A DNA stretch of 64,000 nucleotides from Phoronis australis (taxonomy: Eukaryota > Animalia > Phoronida): contig NMRA01000532.1 of the NCBI GenBank assembly GCA_002633005.1, positions 228,193-292,192 on the forward strand, written 5' to 3'. The notes under the pieces are model-generated. The model was not told where the DNA came from. It made no database searches and worked only from the letters and a program-made list of their open reading frames with translations. Both the position numbers and the translations under genes were made by a program. Positions 14,341-25,700 of the stretch are shown here, piece by piece (position 1 is the first letter of the stretch; the number at the start of each line of letters is the position of its first letter).

Positions 14341-17300
14341 AATAATAATGATAATATTTGTATTATTATTAGTAGTTTTAGTACACACTAATGACTGGTT
14401 ATTATTTACTTTTAATGTGCTTGCCCATTTTGAAGGAACTAACCATTGTTTTGTTTAAACCACAGGAATGACATGGATAAATACTGTAAATTGAAGGCAA
14501 GATTTTCAATATACTACATTAAAATGAGATTAAAATCTGTGTATATAAAAACAGTGGCATTTAGAATACAGTTGTAACTAATAACGCCAAACTACATGTA
14601 GTCACATTTGGTACTGCTAAGAAGGCATGTCGAAAACAGTCTTCTGAATGCAGGATGAGCAAAAACAGTTCGGATTCAGATTGATAGACCTGTCTGTGAG
14701 TTTAAACGACAAATCTTGTACCTAAGTCAAAAAGCAATGCATTTATTGTCACTTGAATTGTGAGTACATTTTTGGGAACTGTCCGAATTTCATCAATGTC
14801 TTTGAGAGTTATTCTAGGTAAAAATCGTGTACGTGTACTTCACTATTTGGGGATCAGATTATAGTTTTCTAACTCCAAGCTGTAGTTAAGTTCACTGAAA
14901 CATTACTTACAAGATTAGCTTCTAATTGTGAAAACTAATCAATGATTCCGTCGATTTTCGTAGATACATGAACATTTAAATCAGAAACAAATGAATATTT
15001 TAATGAAAACGGAATGTTATAAGCAATTTCCGCAGGCATGCTCGCAGATTTTTGACATGTAACCGGGGAAACATGGGAGACGGGGCATTCGTATTTAGGT
15101 GTACTGTTGCCCATTTCAGAGGTACCTATAACGGTTCATGAGTTAAAGATGATCTCTAAAAAACGCTGAGACCTTTAGTTATGATTGCAAGTACTTTGAG
15201 TACCCCCATCCGACATATAAATGGTCATCACAAATCGACATGTGCGAATTTCTTATGAACAACTCCAAGTTACGATCTTCAAAAGAAATAGTCTTCTTGT
15301 GGTACTGTGGGAAAAGTAACTTTTTTATATAACTAACCATCGGAAATAACTATTTTGTGTAATTCACAAAGAGTGGTCTTCACGTATTTCAAAATTCTAC
15401 CTTTTCGATGGCGGTCAATCCCATTGTATTTTTCACATATTGATTGCACGAGTCGAATGTCACAATACTGTTGTGTTGTGCACGAATGTTTTGTGTTGTT
15501 GATGAATGTAGAATCTAAACTTCCCTAGTGGATATTTGGCAGTGTCGGATTTACATGTATAGAGGGACAAATGGAAAATTCCCCCAAACCGCCCCACCGA
15601 AAGAGGGTCCCGTTTGAAATGGGACATCTTAAGATGGAAGGCTAAACATCATTAAGCTTAGAAAAGAGTGACAGTTCATTCAATCGTCGTGTGACTCAAG
15701 AAGTGGCCTTCCTCAACATGAAAGCCGGTTGTACGATTTCACAGGGAAATAGAATAAATCGATTCCAACATTGGGCTCTCTCTGCGTGAGCGGCCCGTTA
15801 AGAATATGTCAATAAATAAACGAAAATGGTGGCCACTTGAATGTCGTCAACAGCCCTCTTCGAGGCTGCGCCCGTAAATATGGAAAGATCTAAATTTTCA
15901 AAGATCAAGAAATGTACAGGACTTGATATTATCTGTCAGGTCATCAATTTGTCTCAAGTGATATACAATTTCAAGAAAAAAACGAAAACATTGAGCGACA
16001 GTTGTCTCCGTTATTCTTTGCTAGAGAGGGGCCTCTAGAAAAATATATTTTTGCAAAATTGTCTTATTGAATTTACCATTTTCTCAATTTTTCGATATAC
16101 ATGTACTATGAACGATTAAGTGCACGTTTTCAAGTACGTTTAGACGACCTACGCTGCAAAGACAGAGACCCGGCCTATTAACAATATCCTGGCCAGGGTC
16201 TTCAAAAGGTAAACCATGCTCTGATACCGAGTTGTCATATCTTGTCTTGAATTTCTTCTCTTATCTGTATTCGTATTCTTTCTTTTCTCGACTGTCCCCT
16301 GCCCATGCCTATGTGGGTTGGCCACGGCCCCTGAAGCCTGCAAAATTTTTGGGGGCATGTGCCCCCGCCCCCGCTTCCTACAGCCCTGACGTCACATGTC
16401 ATACCGCGTCAGCTCGCCAAATGTTGTGAGCGTAAAAAATATTGAGAGACTGGGACGCGTTTGCGTGGGCTAACCGCTTCATAACTATCTGTTTAGAGTT
16501 CAGTATCGCTAGGACGTCTCTAGAAAAGCAAGAGAACGCGAGATTACGCAAGATATTGACGTGCATTTTTAATGAGAGCACGTTATATTGGTTTTCTATC
16601 CGAGAGACAGCTACTGAACTCCGTCTACTTTGAATGCCTGTACACCGTATTTATACAGGTATGGCCGTTGGCACAGCAANTGTTAAAAATATGTCGATAA
16701 ATAAACGAAAATGGTGGCCACTTGAATGTCGTCAATAGCCTTCTTCGAGGCTGGGCCCGTAAATATGGAAAGATCTAAATTTTCAAAGATCAAGAAATGT
16801 ACAGGAATTGATATTATCTGTCAGGTCATCAATTTGTCTCAAGTGATATACAATTTCAAGAAAAAAACGAAAAAATTCAGCGACAGTTGTCTCCGTTATT
16901 CTTTGCTAGAGATAGGCCTCTAGAAAAATATATTTTTGCAAAATTGTCTTATTGAATTTACCGTTTTCTCAATTTTTCGATATACATGTACTATGAACGA
17001 TTAAGTGCACGTTTTCAAGTACGTTTAGACGACCTACGCTGCAAAGACAGAGACCCGGCCTATTAAAAATATCCTGGCCAGGGTCTTCAAAAGGTAAACC
17101 ATGCTCTGATACCGAGTTGTCATATCTTGTCTTGAATTTCTTCTCTTATCTGTATTCGTATTCTTTCTTTTCTCGACTGTCCCCTGCCCATGCCTATGTG
17201 GGTTGGCCACGGCCCCTGAAGCCTACAAAATTTTTGGGGGCATGTGCCCCCGCCCCCGCTTCCTACAGCCCTGACGTCACATGTCATACCGCGTCAGCTC

Positions 17301-19444
17301 GCCAAATGTTGTGAGCGTAAAAAATATTGAGAGACTGGGACGCGTTTGCGTGGGCTAACCGCCTCATAACTATCTGTTTAGAGTTCAGTATCGCTAGGAC
17401 GTCTCTAGAAAAGCAAGAGAACGCGAGATTACGCAAGATATTGACGTGCATTTTTAATGAGAGCACGTTATATTGGTTTTCTATCCGAGAGACAGCTACT
17501 GAACTCCGTCTACTTTGAATGCCTGTACACCGTATTTATACAGGTATGGCCGTTGGCACAGCAACGCCACTTTCGGGAAGTCACCCATTCCAGGTGATTT
17601 ATTGAAACCACTGAGCTATAGCACATTGTTGAAACTAACTTCAATTCAAGCAAGGAATAAGAATGTGACGATGATGTTGATTTAGAAAAACAAATACAAA
17701 CGCCTGGGAAGAAAGGTTATGTTTTAATTCCAGGGCAGGGTTTTCATCAGTAGCGGCTTAGCTGTTCTTCACCTGCTGTACATTAAGGTAACTGAAAGTC
17801 TGATATTTGAACAGTTGGAGAAACAAACCACATGAAGATTATCAATGATGGCGCCAAAGAGTTAGATGGCGGTGTGTTCAGCGTGCAGTATAATAGACGT
17901 GCTTTCATGTACTGTATGAGCGGAAGTAGTTATCCACCAACTTCAATAAAGTGGAACCACAAAGCACAGGACAAAACGACACACTTACTGACATCTAGCG
18001 GTGGAGTGATCAGCGTCAGAAGAGTGTCAGTTCTATCCAAAAGGCGGGAATCTCTGCTATTGACGTGCTTTGGTTCGAATGTTGCTCTTGATGCCGAAGC
18101 AAACAAATCAGTCATTATGGAGTTAATAGGTAAATGTACGGGAAATTTGTGTGTGTACGCAGCCGCGTATCAAATATGGGCTTAACCTAGGTCCTAGGAT
18201 TAGGTCCAATTAGGGCCCCTTGGTCCAAGAGCAACGTTCACTCTACAGCCAGTAAGTCAAGTGAATTGTTTAATACCTGAAGGAACTTTAAAGAGTAAAA
18301 TCCCCATTTTGACTGCAGGGTTTTTGTTTCAGCCACCACTTTACATAATCATTTTGGAAATGCAAGATCTTTGATAAACTGACAAAACAGAATCTGGTAG
18401 TGGACGTCTGACGCGATGAGCATTTAAGTAAGGAGATTGACTTTCTCAATTTAGAAGTGTAAATCCCGGCATTTCTACGCAAGTGTCATAAATGGATGTG
18501 TCGCAAAGATTTGGTACCAAAGCATGCCTTTTCTTGTTAAAAGTCTCAACTCATGGCTTAGTTTTTTTGGGTTGAATCAATTTTTACAATGTGAATATGT
18601 GCGATTCCATATTATGTTAAGATCGATAGTTTCAAAAGAACATATTCAAGAAACTTGGTTCAGTAAAACAGCATTTTGCTAGTGTAAACCTTGTTCAAAA
18701 GGATCATGTCATGAAAAAATAGAAAGGTAATTGTTAGCGAATCTCCAAACAAATAAGTCCATTTTAGTCGTCATTTCATTTCTCCCTAAAACGGAAGGTG
18801 TCCACGTAGCCGATTTTCTAAATGGTGGGTATCTTAGTTTCGTAGCACCGTTACCACTCAAAATACAGTCGGGAAACCACCACGGGCAAAACCTAGTTGC
18901 TTTAATAATTTAAAGGAATGTTGTCGTCAGCTGCTAATGCGCCACTTGTATACCTATTGTAATCAGTGACACAACATGGACGTGTTGTTAGAAAAACATT
19001 CAACTAGTGATACGTGGCTACAGCTAACACCACAGTAGTTCTTCTGCAGGACCGTCCAAAACAAGGAGCACGCCGTCGACTGTAGATCTAAACTTGTTCC
19101 TCTACGGATTTGGCGGATTTGTTTTCGGTTTGATATGTACTCTGGCCGTGGGAGCGGTCTTAAGTCATGTGACTACAACAGGTACTTCAGTTACGAAAAA
19201 ATCACACAACAAGAACTCAGTACGACCAGGTCGAATAACAAGGGCTGCAAAAAGTAACAACGCACGAAGACCACCACCTGGCGGACATAGACGCTGTCAC
19301 CGTCCACGATACGGCAGATCGATGCAAGGACGACATAGACCCCGACGAAGACGACAGCGCCACCGCCGAAAACCAAGGAAACGGTGGGAGTCGAGGTCGT
19401 CCAGCTCGTCTACGTCTAGTTCTACAAGTTATTTAGATTACTAA
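9727..19444 (+). CDS. Type-I membrane protein with three Ig-like domains and an Arg-rich/Ser-rich cytoplasmic tail, 438 aa. Exons 9727-9763, 11882-11932, 12998-13246, 13545-13814, 17815-18129, 19050-19444
   Basis: All five introns are GT-AG and phase 1; the exons total 1317 nt in one open frame. Signal-like segment GKSTATLLLLLLTRFLKG. Ig exons carry Cys pairs: CACVYNGHQVRW...GMC; TCTCSSEGGNPQP...ITC; MYCMSGSSYPPTSIKW...LTCFGSN. TM LFLYGFGGFVFGLICTLAVGAVL. AATAAA at 19483. The first exon is the least certain. Confidence 0.82.
12304..12597. mobile_element. Non-autonomous DNA transposon (MITE), apparently with a second small element nested at ~12376-12530
   Basis: Imperfect TIRs CAGTGGCAGATTTAGG / CCTGGATCTGCCCCTG. 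The inner ends TGCGCGCACCTAG / CTGGGTGCGCA match the TIRs of the 47611-47889 element. Confidence 0.6.
14284..14340. repeat. (ACA)n microsatellite flanked by AAT-rich triplets
   Basis: Seen directly; explains the poly-T and poly-V ORFs in the track. Confidence 0.97.
15797..17564. repeat. 885-bp tandem duplication joined at a single N (16680); probable assembly or haplotype artefact
   Basis: 15797-16679 and 16682-17564 are near-identical with scattered substitutions, and the junction is an N. Confidence 0.9.
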
Positions 19445-19482
19445 CCTATCGGCGTCTAAAAGATTATATCGACTTTCAAGAG

Positions 19483-19492
19483 AATAAATAAA
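19483..19492 (+). promoter_or_regulatory. Polyadenylation signal (two overlapping AATAAA) of the + strand Ig gene
   Basis: AATAAATAAA about 40 nt after the stop at 19444. Confidence 0.6.
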
Positions 19493-19713
19493 AATATCAA
19501 CACGTGGTCTTAAGACATCATACATGTACGTTATCGCATGAGTTACACACCATTCGACAGAATCATTACTATACAAAAAAACAAACGTTTATCAAGCATA
19601 TGGGAGATCGAGACACTGGTCTCACAATATAATTCATTTAGAATTTGTAGTCTTCGGATTAATAAAACACGTGTTCCGATTAAAGTAGGGACTAACTACA
19701 CAGCGTTAAACAA

Positions 19714-22700
19714 CTAGCTTGATGTTTTCCTTTCAACACCAATGATTCCGCGACCTAATGCTTCTCTGTCGAATTTCTTTTCCTCTCTCGCTTTCTCCTT
19801 CTCCTTCTTTAAATTCTTCCTTCCCCAAGAGTAGCTATTGGCAACTTCGTTGCTGGCTTCCTCAAGAGCCTTGGAAACACGATCTATTAACTTCCCTTGC
19901 TTCCTTCTGTTTGCTGCTTTGGGTTTATACCCGGCCTTGTCTATACTTTCTTGGCAAAATGTTTTTGTCCAGACATAAAACATAGTAGCTCCAATACTGA
20001 CGTCCAATATCTTGTCCTCTGTGAACGGGCTTAGAATGTCCAGTGCTCGAGAAGCTATCATTGGATGCAGGTAGAGCACATCAAACTTCATAATACGCCA
20101 AAAGAGGCCTTCGTAATCCATTGTTCTTATAGTTTGGCACAACTTCTGGCAATCTTCCCATACTCTAGTCACGCGTTCATCCTCGCCCAGCAGTAGCATC
20201 GTTGCTACCATCACTTCGTGAACGCCAGGTGGTGGTCGAGCATAGTCACGGATTTCCAGCATCAATTCTCTATCCATACTCAGTAAGCAGAGTTTCATTT
20301 CGACAGTCCTTTGCTCACCAGGACATCGGGAGGCAATGTCCTTTAGATCTTCCAACTGGCTTGAATGCCTGCTTTGCTGAGATGTTGATGAGCGAGCTCT
20401 TGATCCAACAGAGCCTCTTCTAGATAAGCTTGATCCTCTTTTCGCCACCTTGTCTTTTGCAAGGTTGTACTGAAATATTTTCGTACCATAACGCCGTTGC
20501 TTTAAGGATTTGACAAACCCACAATCTTCGTCAATGCTTTCCAATCCATACGTTGGACTAACACCAATCGGGCGCTGAATGAAGTCAACGTTTCTCTTGA
20601 TTTTCTTTTTTGTTGGTTTTGACTTTCCTGTTTTGAAATCTGTGTCAAGATCGGCTGGCTTTGTTTTCTGTCGCTTGATATATTGCCAAATTCCGCCCGG
20701 CCTCTTTCGAGCTTCTTCTCTGAACCTCTGTTTAGCAAGGTTTGCTTCCATTGCCTTTGTTAGTATATCTTCTTCACCTAAACTTGATTTTCTTAGCTCA
20801 CCCTTGATGAGTTTTTCTAATATGTCATCGGCGTCAGTGTTTTCTCTTTGAATGTCCTCTATAATTTGTTGTTTGTGCAGTTCAACCTTTGCTTCGTTAC
20901 GTTTTCGTATTTCCTCTTTCTTTTGCAATAACTTGTTCACTAGTTCAGCACGCTCCTCCTCATAGTTTCGCGTTTCCTTATCTTTCCTCCTGCCCTTTTC
21001 TTGTACTACTGCTTTTACGATTTCATCTTCTGGCATTGTTTCCCTTTTCATACCTCGGCCAATCTCCTGTTCCTTTTTGACTGTAGTTTTCGCCTTTTCA
21101 AAGCTTTTATTATATGCCCCAGATATTGCGGGGATTTGTCTGAAAACAGCTTCACTCAATCCAATGTCCATGGGCTTCTGTGTAGTAATCACAGCAGCTG
21201 GTGCTTGGGCATACCTTGGTGCGATTGGAGGAAATACGGGTTTGAACGGCTGAATGACATGGTCAGAGGATTGTGGACTCTGCAAGTCTTTGAAGTCGCC
21301 ATTCCTAACCATCATTTGCTCCAACTCAATTTTTCGTCCTACAATCTTATCCACTATCGCCATCTCTCTGTCGTCGAAAGGGAGTAAGGCAGTGTAAGGC
21401 ACAGGAGATATAGGTGTCGCAGGTGGTGAAGGCTTCTCGTCACGTGGCCTTTTTTGGCAGGACCAGGGCCGCCAAGTTTGTTGATTCCCTCTCGGCGAAG
21501 ACTTTGGAGCCAGTGCGGGACGTTTTTTATCTTTTATAACATCTTTCTTCACTTCTGTCTCTTCCGGCTCAAACAGCTGTTCACCTGAATACAGTGGCTT
21601 GCTGAGCATAGGTTGAGCAACACCGTCGCTGCCAGACACTGAATGCTCCATTGGCTCGTCTAAATCTTTGATTCGTTTCGGGAACACAGAGTGATGAACC
21701 ACGTTTGCACTTAAATTCACCGTGCTGTCAGAGTCTTTTCTGTGCTCAAGATACGCGTGGATACTTCCAAATGTCTCTTTCGTGTCCGTCGTTGGCTTCA
21801 AATTTTCGGCAGATTGTTGACCTGGCTCATCATCAGCGTTTGTGTATCTAGCTGTTTTCGGATCTGACGATTGTCTGTGTGGTTTTCCGGAAGACCAAGG
21901 CAGATCTGAGCTATCTTTTTTATCGGCTGTTGTGATGACGGGATCCCTACCCATTGCTGTTTGAATTTGGTCATTTTGAGCCACCTTGTCTGCCTCAGGT
22001 TTATCGGTTGCTTCCATCTCTTTAGAAAATATTTGATCCGACGACTGTTTGTGTGTCTGTCCGAAAGACGAGTACAGGTGTGAGCCATCTTTTTGATCCA
22101 CCATTTGGTTGACGGGTTCCTTGCTCAACACTGATTGAATTTGATCATTTTGAGCAGCCTTGTCTGCTTCAAACATACCGTTTGCTTCCTCGGTAGAACG
22201 TACCCGAACGTCTGTGGAATTTTCAAGTTGACAGCTTTCAGCGGACTTGGCCGCTTTGGCTTCAACATTTGTCGGGCTGTGCTCCAAAGTATCATCTGAT
22301 TTGGCTTTTGTATCTGTGTCTTCAGCAACCTGGTCCCACCCTGAAAACATCTTTCCATCCCCAATGTCGTCCTCACTTAATGCTTTGACACCAGGTTCAA
22401 CCTGTGATTGCTTCTCTTCAGGACATGCTTGATCTTGATCACTATAAACAGGTTGGAATACTTTGCTCACATCCTCGCCTGTTGTATTAAAATCAGATTC
22501 CTGTGATAGCTTTCCTCTGTCAATCACCCTCTCCTCATCAATTTGATAGCCGTCCAATTCATTGCATTCAACTTCTTTCTCTGTAATGTTTCCCGCAGCC
22601 AGACTACGTGAGTCTGTGTCAAAGAATTCTTCGTTTCTCTCCTGCTCGTCAAACGTGATTTCTGAGAATGCCCCTGAAGTGCCTTCTCCGCTCATTTTGC

Positions 22701-25700
22701 TGCCCACAAAACCACCAGAGGCATTGGGCTGCAGTGTTTCCTCCACGGAAAACGTCATGTCGTTAGTTGTGTCAATAAAATGAGCTTCTCGCTGTGAAGC
22801 AGAAGAGGTTCTAGATGACCTAGTAATCTGATCTACTTGAGGTTCAATACTTTGTTTTGAACTTATTCCGATCCCTCCGTGTGTTAGAGAAACCCGACTT
22901 TCTATACCACTCTTCTGCGATTCTGTCTCAGAAGGCCCTCCTTTACTTGATCGTCTCCCTCTAAAACTGCTGGTTCGACCTCTAGGTTTCCTTTGCGTGG
23001 GTTGCTGAGCCCCCTTTTTGGCTATTTGCTGAATTTGCTTTGTTTTTTGTATGGCTGTTTTAGTATTTTCTTTGTAACCTGACTTGTCGTTTTTTCTATG
23101 CGAAACCTCCTTTTGTTTCTCGAATCTGCTCAATGGCAGTCTTACAGTGCGAACATGCTGGGTTGGAGTTTTGATAGGCTTAGATTTTGTAGAGAAAGGG
23201 GCTGTCGTGGTTTTTGGTTTTTCTGCAGCTGGCGTGAGACCCGAAGCCTTTTCAGGTAACACCTGAATGTATTTTTCTTCAATGACAGAGCTTTCTTTAT
23301 CGTGGTTGCTTCGCAAATTGAACATTTTGTCACCTTCTTCGGTCTGTTCTGTGTGTTCGCTTGATATATTTTCTCGAAACCCAACGCTGCTATTAGACGG
23401 CTTCCAGTACTCTTGATGTAGATTATCTTCATGGAGATGTTCGTCGTTACTTTTGGCATTTGGTGTTGTGAAATTGCTATCTGGCGACGACGTCATTTTC
23501 TCAGCCGAGTGAAACCTTTCATCCCCAATGCCAAAAGATTCGATTTCTGATTTCACAGTTGGCTGACTCCCAATTTCCTTCGTTGTTTTCCAGACATCTT
23601 CCTCATCCGAAGACACGTCTTTAAAGAAGGAAGCCCGTGTTTGGGTTTTTTTGCCCATTTGCCAACTATTGTCTGCTTCTTCGCTCCATCGTCTGATTCT
23701 TTCGCAAGATAGCTCTTTCTCGTTTAGACACACAGCTTGCAAGTCGCAGTCTCCTGCCTCAGTAGCGGGTTTTCTTTGTTCATCCGACCTTGACGACTCT
23801 GCAGTTTTTGTTTCGGTAACATGCGTTACATTCGACAATGTCGTACGTTCTGATCGCGCGACGACAGACTCTCCAGTTTTAACGTCCGTCAGCGCAAACA
23901 CTTCTGTCAAGTCTGTCCTTGTCTCATACGATTTTGATTGCTCTGTGTTTATACCTGTTAGCGTTGTCACGACTGTTAGTGGTGTTTTTGAAGAACTTGA
24001 CTTGGATAGTATTGTATCAGCATCCCCCACCTCGTTCAGTTCCGTCAACGGTGTTTCAGTATCTGAAAAAGCTGAACTTTCAGTTTTTATATCGCTTAAG
24101 TGTTTCATTTCCGTTGCGGGAGTCTTTGAACTGGAAGTCACCGAGTCTTCTCTTCGAACATCAGTTATGCTTGACGTGTCTTCCTTGGTTGTTATAGACC
24201 AACTTGACATAGCATCTTCTTCTGTTTTAACCACTAATTTTTCAGCAGCTTCGCTTGCCTCGTCAGTTACACCAGACTTGCCTTCTCGTGTTGCTACAGT
24301 CCAATTTGACAGCGAATCGTTCTCCGTTTTAACATCTGTGATCTCCACCGCTTCACTTAGTCCGTTAGTTAGACTAGACCTCTCCCCAATTGATGCTTTA
24401 GTCCAACCTGACACTGTGTCTTCCTCAGTTTTAACATCTGTGATCTCCACCGCTTCACTTAGTCCGCCAGTTAGACTAGACCTCTCCCCAATTGATGCTT
24501 TAGTCCAACCTGACACTGTGTCTTCCTCAGTTTTAACATCTGTGATCACACCTGCTTCGCTTATCCCGTCAGATACGCTGGATCTTCCTTCCCTTAACGT
24601 TTTAGTACAACTTGACACGCTGTCTTCTTCAGTTTTAACATCGGTAATCTCAACTCCTTCACTGATCCCGTCAGTTGTACTAGAATTCCTTTCCCTTAAA
24701 GTTTTAACGCTGCTTGACGGGCTATCTTCCACCGTTTTATCACATGCGATCTCGGCTGCTTTGCTTATCCCGTCAGATGCACTAGATTTTCCTTCTTTCA
24801 AAGATTTACTCCTACTTGACAGGCTATCTTCCTTACGTTTAACCTCTGTGACCTCAGTTGTTTCGCTGACCAAGTCAGTACAGCTGGACTTTTCTTCTCT
24901 TAACGTTTCAGTCATAGATGTTTCAGGTCGAACCAAATCGAAATTTTGTGCTCCCTCGCGTGTTTCTACCGCGACTGTAGTTGGTGATTCCTTATCAAAG
25001 ACCATTGAATCTGATTTACCAGTTTTTAGTCGTGAGTCTGGCAGAACTGACTGCGAATCAACGAATGGCACGGAATTTGCTACGATATTAGTTACATACG
25101 TGGCCAACGTCTGTGGTTCCGATTTATCAACAACCATGACAGTTCCTGACGCCAGAGGTTCAGTCTCAACCTTTGCTTTGTCTCCGTCTTCCGAAAGTGG
25201 TGCAGTCAGCTCAGTTTCCGCCACGTTTTGGAGCTCGTGCTCACTAGACAAAGGTGCTGGTTGACTTGCTTCAGATTCCTCTACAGTCACTTTGCTTGAT
25301 CCCAATGACAGAATTTCTGAAAATCGAGAATCGAGTGGGGCTTCAGTTACTTCTGAGTCCTTTCCTCCTTCCTGTCCAAAGTTTTCAGTGTTCCCCATCT
25401 TAATCGGTTGTACTTCGGAATTGTCTTCGTCTGGAAAAGTACTTAAAGAGCTCAGGGCACCCAGTTCCTGTTTTTGAACAGACCCACGTGTAACTTGTTC
25501 TCCGTCTAGTTCTGTTGTCGTTTGTGATCTCCCGGCTACGGTGGAGATGTCGGTTTCAAATGATTCGATTGAAATTCGTTGTTCAGATTTGTCTGGTTTT
25601 GAATGGTAATCAGAAGTAAATGTTGTCCACGTGGACGCCGCTTTAGCGGACTTCTCATCACCCCTTGAGATTTCTTTAGACGAAAGTTTTCTTGAGGTTC

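Noticed and set aside
14191-14458. Poly-Thr and poly-Val ORFs that look mucin-like or TM-like
   Set aside because: Translations of the (ACA)n microsatellite, with no convincing splice sites.
15841-17518. Duplicated sets of small ORFs
   Set aside because: They arise from the N-joined 885-bp duplication in an intron and have no coding features.
23651-25264. 537-aa ORF on the + strand
   Set aside because: Antisense shadow of the repetitive S/T/E/D/K-rich giant exon; TTG start, no domain, and the same 34-aa periodicity.
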